A stretch of 64,000 nucleotides of DNA, from NCBI RefSeq assembly GCF_018977255.1, contig NW_024704743.1, forward strand, positions 90,894,001 through 90,958,000, written 5' to 3'. Below, piece by piece: positions 25,521-36,406 of the stretch (position 1 is the stretch's first letter; every line of letters starts with the position of its first letter). The notes beneath the pieces were generated by a model, which did not search any database, was not told the DNA's origin, and was given only the letters and a program-made list of their open reading frames with translations. The translations under genes were made by a program, and so were the position numbers. This DNA is from Callorhinchus milii (taxonomy: Eukaryota).

Positions 25521-26375
25521 ATTGAGGGCCAGATGTTATTGAAATCCTCGGACTGAATGGGTAAAGAGGATTTGAACTGGACTTACCAGCAAAAACGGTG
25601 GCATAGCATCAAGCACACCAGAGTTGATGCTATTTTACTGTTTATTGAACATAATATTTAAGAGAACTGATATAACACCAAACTATGAGTGTGTGAATAC
25701 AGATTTCTCCATGATTACTTGATTGATATCTACAGGCAATATTCATCCCCTGGGCAGTGGAAGTCTACTGCCCACTGACATCACCACTGTGGGACACTGC
25801 TGTGCGCTATTGGCTGCCGCGTTTCGCCCACAAAGCACATTGTCACTACACTTTACAGTGTATTCTGTGAAGCTCTTTGAGATGTCTCAACGACGTGATA
25901 AGGCTTTATATCAAATGCAGTGCTTGTCCAGGAAACTGTGTGTAATTCTCCCCGAGAGTTCAAAAACATTCATTTTGGACAATCAGAATGTTTCTCATTG
26001 AATTCTGTTTTGAGATGAGGTTTTGGGTAAGTAATTGTACTGACTGGCACAAAATGGCTGGGCAATCACTAAAGGCAGACTTCCTTGGCCTCCCATTGAA
26101 CAGTGAGGTATAATACATTCTCTTTCTCTGTCGACTCCAAAATCCACCTTCTCCTAAGGCACTCCAAAATCCACTGACTCCAAAATCAGTTCCTCTTGAG
26201 ATTCCGTGCTAACATTTCTGTGCCAGTCCTGGCCAGGCTCCACTGCCTCCCAAATACCGAACGGATCGATTTCAAGATGCTCTCATTCTCATTTCCAATT
26301 GTCAAGCTTGCAGCACAACACAACAATAGTCAACTCGAGCCTTTGAACACTAGAAATTATTGTCCTTTGCATTTG

Positions 26376-27588
26376 TCTGCTCATCCTCCTTGACCTCTCT
26401 GCTGCTTTCGACACCTCTATCCTCATCCATCGCCTCTCCTCTCACCTCAACCTCCATGGTGCTGTCCTTGATTGGATCCGATCGTACCTCTCACACCGCC
26501 TGCACTTCATCTCCTCAAACGGCTTCTCATCTAGTCCCCAGACAGTCTTGTGTGGCATCCTCAGGGCTCTGTCCTTGGTCCCCTCCTCTTCAACATCTAT
26601 ATGCTACCTCTTGGTGACATCATCCACAGACATGGGGTCAACTTCCACATGTATGCGGATGACACCCAACTCTACCTCTCTGTCTCCAACTTTGACTCCA
26701 GGAAAACTGCTGTGCTGACAGAATATCTGTCAGACATGAAGTCCTGAATGAGAGCTAACTTTCTTCAGTTGAACGTCAACAACACTGAGGCTCTCCTGAT
26801 TGTCTCCCATCAGCGCCTCCTCACCTCAGCCACTGACAGCATCACCATCCATAGTTGCACACTCCACCTTACTAAGCCAGTCCGGAACCTTGGTATCTTG
26901 TTTTACCCTCAACCATCCTTTCTAACCCACATCTGTGCCATGACCCGCTCTGCCTTCCCCCACCTCCGCAACGTCGCCCAGCTCCAACACTGTCTCACAC
27001 CGCAGGCCGCAGAAACCCTTATACATGTTTTCATTACATCGAGGCTCGACCATGGAAACTCACTGCTTGTCAGCCTCCACAATTTCTCCCTCCACAGGCT
27101 GCAGATCATCCAGAGCTCTGCAGCCCATATCCTCTCCCGCACTGGGCTCTGTGACCCTATCACCCCCATCCTTGCCCAACTCCACTGGCTTCCTATCACA
27201 CAGAGAACAGAGTTCAAGATCCTGGTCCTCACATTCAAGGCCCTCCATGGTCTTGCTCCCCCCTACCTCTCTGACCTCCTAACCCCCTATCACCCTGTTC
27301 GCTCCTTCGGCTCAGCGGGCTCCCGCCTGCTTCACGTCCCCCACCTTGCTCGCCCCACTATAGGTGGGCGAGCCTTCAGCCACTCTACCCCCATCCTCTG
27401 GAACTCCATCCCGCAGTCCCTCTGTCTTACTCCCTCCCTTGCCACCTTCAAGACCCACCTCGAGACCCTCCTCTTCGACCGTGCTTTTGATCTCCCTGCT
27501 TCCCACCCTCCCCCACCCCGAACCCCAGCTCAGGTCCATAACTCTGTCTGTCCAGCACCTTGGGACCTCCTCCCAACGTGAAAGGCGT
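26376..27588 (+). mobile_element. L2 LINE RT domain and C-terminus (pseudogene)
   Basis: [38 protein letters not shown]; 26550-27581 is one frame with a single TGA at 26745; tail ends at GAAAGGCG. Confidence 0.95.
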
Positions 27589-27971
27589 CCCTACCAATCT
27601 GCCCACTCCCTCTGTTCATTGGGCTCCGGCCTGCTCCATGTTTCCCGTCCTACCCGCCCTACCATCTGTGGCCAGGCTTTCAGCCTCTCTGCCCCCACAC
27701 TCTGGAAATCCATCCCACGGTCCCTTCGCATCGCTTCCTACCTCGCCTCCTTCAAGGCTAGTCTGAAGACCCTTCTCTTCGACCGTGCCTTTGGTCTCCC
27801 TCCCACCTCTCTGCTTCCCTCACCCCTACACCAAACCTCCCCCATGCTCGGGCCCTGACACCTGACTGTTCAGTGTTTTGGGATGTCCTCCCGACGTGAA
27901 AGGCGCTCTATAAATGTAATTTTGTTGTTGTGTTGTTGTTGTATACAAATGTAATTTTGTTGTTGTTGTTG
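27589..27971 (+). mobile_element. Second L2 3' end in direct tandem, with duplicated tail
   Basis: GSGLLHVSRPTRPTICGQAFSLSAPTLWK; AAATGTAATTTTGTTGTTG occurs twice. Confidence 0.9.
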
Positions 27972-28584
27972 CATTCTCTTCAAGAACAAAAATATTGATT
28001 AACATGTTAAATTCAGTTCGGCACTCCTGTTGTAAGAAGCAACAGAGATTAAAAAAAAAGGTTGCGTGTTAATAGGAGACTTCTATAAAGCAAGACTGGA
28101 ATTTGGTAACTATTTGCACACATTGAAAAACTGCCAGGATTTCCATCCATCAGGATTGCATAGATATGGGTTGGATTGTTTAGTAAATAAACCTCATTGC
28201 CCGTGACTATATGTTGTTGTGATAATATACCTAAAGGGGTTGTAATATACTTCTGAATCATGTCCTACAATTAACAGATTCAAATACACTTTATAGAATT
28301 AAAGAGAGTTAAGTAAATTAAATAAAACTGCATATTTTGTAAAATTACGTGTTATACAGTTTAACTTTTCAGATTTGTCTTTACTTACTCAGACGTCTCC
28401 CATTTGAACTCTTAGGCAGACGTTCTCGCTCTCACATACACCAAACTCTGTTCTCTTTAAGACACTTTGCACGTGCATACCTGAGATCTAACAATTACTT
28501 GTAGTAATCTGCTGCTGGTTTGCACGGACTCGCCCCATGTCACTCAGTCTTCTGTAACGATAGATGCAGCTATTACAAAAATAT

Positions 28585-28960
28585 AATAATAACAATCCTT
28601 GCATTTCATGAAGCACCTTTCACGTCAGGAGGACGTTTCAAAGTGCTTCACAGGATTTACTGTATGGTGCAGTGCCTCTGTATTTTGTAAGTAAAAGGAA
28701 TAGACAATTTGCACTCAGAATGTCCCACCAACACCCATAAAGTGAATGACCAATTTTACTTGGGGGATTATTGGTCATGACATTTGGAGAAACTCCCTTC
28801 TCTTTTTGAATAGTGTCATGGGATCTTCAAAGTGTTTCTGAACAGGCAGACAACATTTTGGTTACCCAATATTTAGAGCTCAAAGTCCTGAAATGGAACT
28901 AGAACCCATGGCTTTCAGACTCAGAGACAAGAATGCTACAACTGAGCTAGGCTGATACCA
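28585..28960 (-). mobile_element. Deu-domain SINE
   Basis: Reverse tail, GTCATGGGATCTT Deu core, GACTCAGAGACAAGAATGCTAC head. Confidence 0.7.
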
Positions 28961-29131
28961 TGTAGGCTAAATCAATCATTGTATTACATTTGTTACCAAG
29001 GGAAAATAAACAAAATACGGGGCTAATACAAGCACCATTTTTAGACATAGAGAAATCACAAAGTCCTTGAAAGGTTAATTTTCTAGGAATTAAACCAAAC
29101 TCTGCCAAAAAAAACACACTACTCTAATTAC

Positions 29132-29451
29132 AATAATAATAATAATCCTTGCATTTGATATAGCGCTTTTCACGTCCGGAGGACGTCCCAAAGCGCTTCA
29201 CAGAACACACTCTAAAGTGAATTGACTGTATATTTGTGGGCAAACGCAGCAGCCAATTGCGCACAGCAATGTCCTACAAACAGTCATGGATTGAAAATGA
29301 CCAATTTATTATTGGTTTTGGTTTTGGAGGGATTATTATTAGGCGTGTGGAGTAAGGAAACTTGCCCAAGGTTTCGCCCTCTGCCTGGAATTGAACTCAG
29401 GTCTCTCGCTTGCAAAGCAAGTGCTCTAACCACTGAGCTACAGGACTCCAC
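29132..29451 (-). mobile_element. Young tRNA-Ala SINE, full length
   Basis: Complete reverse copy. Confidence 0.93.
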
Positions 29452-29786
29452 GAATTTATACAATTTATATCGCCCTTCACGTCAGGAGGATGTCTCGAAA
29501 CGCTTAACAATGTTGGTTGGGCACCCAAGCGAGTAGTGGGAAAGATGACCAAAAGCGCAATCAAAGTGTAACTCTTTCTTTCCTCTCCAGAAACATTTAA
29601 ACTGCTATGTGTAGGTGACATACATACATGGAACCCTCAGTCTGGTTTGGATACGTTAAGTATGATGATTTTTTGAATATATCAGTTACCTGGCTGACCA
29701 AAACAAACTGCTGGTATCATCTTAGTATATCTCCTCTGTACCCACTGTATGGTTTGATGATCTCCATAACAAGCCAAAAGGTGTTA

Positions 29787-30195
29787 CGTGGCTGAGCTTG
29801 TAGCATACTCGCCTCTGAGTCAGAAATTTGGGAGTTCAAGCCTCAAGTCAAAACTTTAAGATCATAGTCCAAGCTGACACGTCAGTGCCGTGGTCAGGGA
29901 ATGCTGCATTGTCAGAGTTGTCGTCCTTCAAATGAAACATTAAACCGAGGTCCTGTCTGCCTATACAGGTAGACGTTAAAGAACCTGTGACACTATCCGA
30001 AAAAGAGGGAATTTCCCTGGGTTTTTTGGCTGACAATCTCCCAGATACCAAATCAGTCATTCACTTCATAGACATTTGTGGGATATTGCTCTGTGTTTGC
30101 TCAGAAATATTTCACTTTACAGTAAAGTGCTGGGAAGAGTCTTGAGATGTTCTGACAACATGACAAAGCACTATATCATATGAATGGATTATAAA
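29787..30195 (+). mobile_element. Near full-length Deu-domain SINE (SacSINE1-like)
   Basis: Head CTCGCCTCTGAGTCAGAA...GTTCAAGCC; Deu core GCTGCATTGTCAGAG...ATTAAACCGAGGTCCTGTCTGCC...GACGTTAAAGA; L2-like tail. Confidence 0.8.
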
Positions 30196-30799
30196 ATCTT
30201 GGTGTACAAATCCAGATCCACATGATGAAAATACACCAGCAACAGCTAGATTATTGTCTATCCTTCAAAGGGATTAATTTACGTCTCACCAGCCTAATTA
30301 TGCCTTAGGAAACACAATCTGATCCTATATTTTTCAGTCATAGGAAATCCTAGATAGTGACCCAAATCACTATATAATTATAGTGTAAACAATCACAATG
30401 TATCAGTAATTCAAGGGGATTGTGTATTAGGATTTTGTTTTCAATGGGGAGGGTGAAAAAATATTTTATTTTGATGATTTTTAATGTGTGGGGGTTGGGT
30501 GTGGGGGTGAAGGAGTAACATTTTGAATCTGGTATTTGTTTTACAAAATAAAGTTTAATATAATCGTAACATTTATCTGTATTTATTACAAGCACAACTT
30601 TACACCACAGGAATTGTGCAATGGTACACTTTGTTATTGTGTATGAAACTGATATACCACACTTTTAATAAAGCTACAGCGATGTCTACATTTTCCTATC
30701 AACAGCAATGTTGGCATCTAGAAAACCACTAATGATAGCTCTGCTCTTCAGCAATTTCTTGTAAACAATTTGCAATTTGAGGCTGTACACAATGAAGCT

Positions 30800-31100
30800 T
30801 TTATAATAAACTTTGCATTTGATATAGCGCCTTTCATGTCAGGAGGATGTCCCAAAGGGTTCACACGATTTACTATAAAATGCAGTAACTTTGCATTTTG
30901 TAGGTGAACATGGCAGCCATTTTGCACCCAGCAATATCCCACAGCCATGAAGCGAATAATCATTTTTGTGGTGCACTATAACTCCAGCACTGAACTAAAG
31001 TGTTAGCATAGACTGTGGAAGTTTAAAGTCCCAATTTTGGGTTTGAACTCATAATCTTTTCACTCAGAGATGAGAGTGCAACCCACTGAGCCAGGCTGAT
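30800..31100 (-). mobile_element. Deu-type SINE with internal deletion
   Basis: Reverse tail GATATAGCGCCTTTCATGTC and head CTCAGAGATGAGAGTGC...CTGAGCCAGGCTG. Confidence 0.65.
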
Positions 31101-31417
31101 ATGGTTACATGTTCACTAGCCAAATTGATGAATGACAAATAACCAGATATTGACTCTCCTTGTGGAGAGGGGTGGGGGGAGTTGAGTTGGTTCCAAGGTA
31201 ATGTACTTGTCAGTGGAATGTCAGAATAAAAAATCAATTCTCAGTGACAGTCTCAGAGGTAAGTCAGTCCGACTGCATCATCAGCGGGATTTGGAGAGGC
31301 AGGACAGACGCTGAAGGTAGGATTTCTTCTCACGCTGTTAACTGCAAGCCAAAGCCATATTTTTCCACATCCTAGCGGGACAAGCAGTGGGAAGCTTGCC
31401 AGAGAATGCTCTCAATT

Positions 31418-32320
31418 ATACTAAGCTGGGAAAAGTAGTAAACAGTGAGGAGGATAGTATCAGACTGCAAGAGGACATAGATCGACTGGTAAAATGGGCA
31501 GAGACGTGGCAGATGAAGTTTAATGTGGAGAAATGCGAAGTGATGCATTTGGGGAGGAAGATTGAGGAGAGGCCATATGGCAGAATCTTAAAGGGGGTGA
31601 AGGAACAGAGAGACCTGAGGGCTCATATAAGTAAATCTTTGAAGGTGGCAGAACAGGTAGATACAGCTGTTAGAAAAGCATACGGGATACAAGGCTTTAT
31701 AAAAAGGGGCATAGAATACAAAAGTCAGGAAGTTATGATGAACCTTTATAAACCACTGGTTGGATCTCAGCTGGAGACTGTGTTCAGTTCTGGTCCCCAC
31801 ACTTTAGGAAGGATGTCAAGGCATTGGAGAGGGTGCAAAGGAGATTTACCAGGATGGTACCAGGAATGAGGGACTTCAGTTATCAGGAGAGGCTAGAGAA
31901 GCTAGGATTATTCTCCTTGGAGCAGAGGAGGTTAAAAGGAGAATTAATCGAAGTTTTCAAAATTATGAGGGGATTCAATAGGGTGAACAAGGAAAAAATA
32001 TTCCCACTGGTGGGTAGGACAGTAACATGAGGACACCGATTTAAAATACTTGTTAAAAAAATAGAGGGGAGGTGAGAAGAAAATTTTTCACAGTAAGTTG
32101 TTCGGATCTGGAATGCATTGCCTGAAAGAGCGGTGGAAGCCGATTCGATAACAACTTTTAAGAAAGAAGTAGTTAATTATTTGGGGAGGACAAGTTTGCA
32201 GAGCTATAGGGAGAGAGCGGGAGAGTGGGATTGAATTAGATAGCTCTTTTCAAAGAGCCGGCACAGACACGATGGACCGAATGGCCTCCTTCTGTGCTGT
32301 CTAATCCCCGGATTCTATGA
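31418..32320 (+). mobile_element. CR1 LINE 3' portion (subfamily A)
   Basis: TKLGKVVNSEED...WQMKFNVEKCEVMH, ERVQRRFTRMVPG; ends GATTCTATGA. Confidence 0.94.
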
Positions 32321-32694
32321 ATGGCAAGCTATCTAGTTTTAGCTGATTAAGCTCCAACAGCACCCACACCACTCTCTGGGGTCCCCAAAGCTTGGCTCTC
32401 GCTATTTGTATCTGAAATTAGGTAACCAGGGAGTGCCCCTCCAGGGAGAGAGTACACAGGGAAATTTTCATATGTAAGTGGTATGCAGATGTGGAACTAT
32501 GTCTGTTTGGATTCTCTTAATCCAAACCTCCGCGCCTCGGGGACTGGCAGCATCACTCTTTCTGTACTGTCTGTAAGTAAGGAAGTACTGTACAGCATTG
32601 TTCACATCCAACAGACTTATTTTTTACATCACTGAGCCAATGTGTACTGTATGTGAACAGCGATAACCTGACGTAAAGGAAAACCAGTTTGGAA

Positions 32695-33182
32695 ATAACT
32701 TGCATTTTGATGATTCAACACATCAAAATATCTCAAGGAGCTTTACAGTTAATTATGTTAAATCTAGTGGCTGCTGTAGACAAACAAAACAAACATTTGT
32801 GTCAGCAAGGTACCATAAACAGCCATTAGACGAATGAGAAATTGATTTAGAGGATTGTTGGCCAGGACACCAGAAGAAACACCATTCTCTTTTTGAGTAT
32901 TGAGATGGGATCTTTTATCTTCACCTGAATAGGTGAAGATAAAAGGTCCCATGGTTTACTGTTTCATTTTAAAGATCAGACCTCTAACCGTCAGTGACTG
33001 TGTATTCTGAAGGCAAACGCAACAAACAATTTGCACACAGCAATGTCCCACAAACAGCCATAATGTCCACGATCAGTTTTATTCAGGGATTGTTTGGAAA
33101 AACTCCCTTCTCTGTTCGAATCGTATCCCAGGATCTTTAATGTCCACCTGAACAAAGACAAGACCTCCATTTAATGTCACAT
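32695..33182 (-). mobile_element. Two adjacent Deu-SINE fragments
   Basis: GGGATCTTTTATCTTCACCTGAA and GGATCTTTAATGTCCACCTGAAC. Confidence 0.6.
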
Positions 33183-34379
33183 GATTGACTTGAGCTCCCG
33201 CGAGAATCAGTGGCAGCCAATCAGAGGATCTGACCGTGGGGCTATGGTTTAAGAGGGTTAAGATTATTTACAAATAGAAAATTTGGTGCAATTCCCAGGA
33301 AAAACACACATTTGCAATTGGTGTAAAGTAGAAAACTGAATAAAAAAGACACAAGACAGTTTGTCATAAAATAATGTATTATTTTCAGTGGCTTAACATG
33401 CATGTTTGCAGTGAATCAAGCAGTTGGGAGATAAAGGGAAATAGAAAACAAGTGATGTGCAGAAAGAATGCAGATTGACATGTGAGAGAGATCATGCTTT
33501 AAGCGGTTTTCAACTATTTCTAATAAACTGTTCCCTCCAGCTTTTTTCAGTAAGGTACATTTAAAAAAAGACACCACACTCAGAGCTTAGTTGCAAATGA
33601 TCAATAAAATACGAAAGTACATTAGAAAATAATGAAAACGCTTAACTCGTTGAATAGTTTTTTTAAAAAAAATAATTACACAATGTGAAGAAACTCATTT
33701 CTGATTCAAATAAAAATATAACTTTTAATATATATTGATTGGCTGTGAGTCATGTGTCATGTTCAAGCTGTCCTAATAATTGATGAAAGTACTGAAATAA
33801 CCCAAACAATATGCAAATAGCTAATGGTAAAAGGAGAACTTTGTACCACCAAGTTAATGACTGGATCGTACAGTCTAGATTTCAAGCCCTTCCCTTTGCT
33901 TAATCTTCTCTCCGTTTATTCCACCCCAGTCTTGAATCCTAAACATTCTTCCTCCTTTTCCTCAATGGAATCTAACAAACATCAGAGGTTGAAATTACAA
34001 ATCACCAGCCTTCAAATCCATGATCCCTGTTCTTTTCTGATAGCCTTCCTCTGCAAGTACTTATCTAAGGGCAAACTATTCCACTTTGGCAAATTGAATG
34101 TTGGCACTGGAGCAAAGAGCTCCTTTATGTCAAAAGGTCCTTACAGTCACTGTAAAGCGCTTTGAGATGCCTTTATGTGATAAGGTGTTGTATCAAATGT
34201 AAAGAATTTAATTATAAGATGCACTCTCTGTAATTAATATTTGCCCTTGTCTATTATCCAATCCATGTTATCACCGCCGAAGAACTCTGCTTCTTTAACT
34301 TCTTCTGATTGTCCTTCAAATCTGTATCTTCCCCAATGAATGAATGTCTGAGGAGGATCCCAACTACCCAATGCCAATC

Positions 34380-35545
34380 AAAGTTTCTTGTATAGCACAG
34401 AGACAGGCTATTTGGACAACAAGTTGGTGCTGTTTTTTTACACCCCATATTAGCCTCAACCCTTCCTATGCTACTATATTCCATTCTCTGCCACCTGTGC
34501 ATCAAGTTTCCTCTTAAGTACATTGATGTTTTCTGCTTCAACCACAGCTTTCGGCAGCGAGTTCTACATTCTCACCATCCTCTGTGTAAAGAACTTTCTT
34601 CTAGATTTGCCACTGGCTATCATATTTACATACCCTTGGCTTAGACTCATGAATGACTTATCAAATCCCTTTAATAATGTTAAATATCTCTATCAGGTTT
34701 CCTCTCAGTGGTCTCATTTTGAGGGACAAAAGCAACCTGCAGCCTATTCAATCTTTATTGATAGACGGAACCCGAAAAGTGCTCAGGGATGCTACCCTGC
34801 GTGAAGGGCACTATATAAATACAAGTTGTCGGTGATCCACTCATCCCTGGTAACATCTATGGAATTCTATATTGCGCTCTCTTCATTTCCACAATATCTT
34901 TATAGAATCTTACAGCACAGAAGGAAGCCATTCGGCCAATTGTGCCAGCTCTTTGAAAAAGCTACCAACTAGCCCCATTCCCCAACTCTTTCCCCATAGC
35001 CCTGCATATTTTTGCTTTTAAGTACCTATCCAATTCCCATTTGAAAGCTACTATTGAATCTGCTTCCACCATCCTTTCAGTGCATTCAGGCAGTGCATTC
35101 CAGACCGTAACAAACCCCTGGGTAAACAAAATCTTGTCTCCCCTCTGGTTCTTTTGCCAATTATTTTAAATCTGCATCCTCTAGTTTTTGACCCACTCAC
35201 CAGAGGAAATAGTTTCTCCCTAACTACTCTTATCAAATCCCCTCATACTTTTGAACACTTCTATTACATCTCCCCTTAACCTTCCCTGCTTTAAGAACAA
35301 TTCCAGTCTCTCTGGGTTCTGCACATAACTGAAGTCCCTCATCCCTGATATCATGAATGAATTGCCAGCCTCAAATCCCATTCCTACATTTTAAAGGAAG
35401 TATCTCTCCTGAATTATGCATAGATATACATAGATTTACATAAACTTACCGATAGTAAGGTGACCAGAACTGCACACAATGTTCCAAATGTGGTCTAACT
35501 AAAGCCTTATATCAATTTAACATTACTCCTCTTGCCTGCTCTATT
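34380..35545 (-). mobile_element. Old CR1 3' region with a nested younger CR1 3' end (34903-35352) and an L2 tail (about 34775-34832)
   Basis: Reverse REKLFPLVSGSKTRG; TAGAATCTTACAGCACAGAAGGAAGCCATTCGGCC tail; GACCAGAACTGCACACAAT continuation at 35462. Confidence 0.75.
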
Positions 35546-35872
35546 TGCCTAATTAGTAAAATAGTATTACTTCCTCCTGGCTCACACCGCGGCAGTAATA
35601 GACAAGTCTAATCTTGAACATTATTAATAAGCAACAGACACCTTACCTTTCTTTTTGAAACCCAAACTATATTTTAAAAAATCAATTACCCTTTTAAAAA
35701 AAATCATCAGGAGCTGTTATTAATCTTCAATTTATTCTTCCTTTCTTTAAAAAAAATAAAATTTCTGATGATAAAGAAAACTGAGCTGGAAGAGTTACAG
35801 AGTCGGATAGAATAAGGCAGCTGGCGTTTAGGGGATTATAATGTTTACATTAAAGTTGTTGAAAATAGTGAT

Positions 35873-36406
35873 TCCTGACAGCAACTAAAGTGCATCTTGA
35901 GACATTAAACTCCTTTGTTTTCAATTATTACCATGGGAGAATGGGATTTTTAATGTCAATCTGGAGAGACAAGATCCAGCTAGGACTATCCTACCAGTTG
36001 GGGCTTTCGCTTGTAGGGTTAACAGGAGCTGAGTAGGAAAAGTCCAATGACTGGTCTGCCCTTCCTAGTCCTGCCGATGAACCAGACTTGCTGTGCTGCC
36101 ATCAACAGTTCCCTGGAATACTGCAGACCTGCCTGGCTCAGGAACTGGACTACTGAGACCGCCACAGAGGTTTGGCTTGATTCTGATATTCCGATGCTAA
36201 ACATGTCACCTTGAGAACCAGTTCTTTAGATCCAGTTAACCTCTCCCGCCCCCAGGAGGATAGTCAAGTATTGGTCATTTGACATCAGACAAGTTTGGGT
36301 TTGAGTCCTGGAGACAGGTTGACATTAAGAATCCCATTCTCCCATGGCACTACTTGAAAAAGAAAGGAGTTTAATGTCTCATGATGCATTTTAGTTGCTG
36401 GCAGGA
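35873..36406. repeat. ~90 bp inverted repeat, ~89% identical, ~350 bp spacer
   Basis: 35873-35963 is the reverse complement of 36315-36406 with about 10 differences by hand alignment. Confidence 0.92.

Noticed and set aside
33250..33261. Possible piggyBac end AGAGGGTTAA
   Set aside because: No matching partner terminus found nearby
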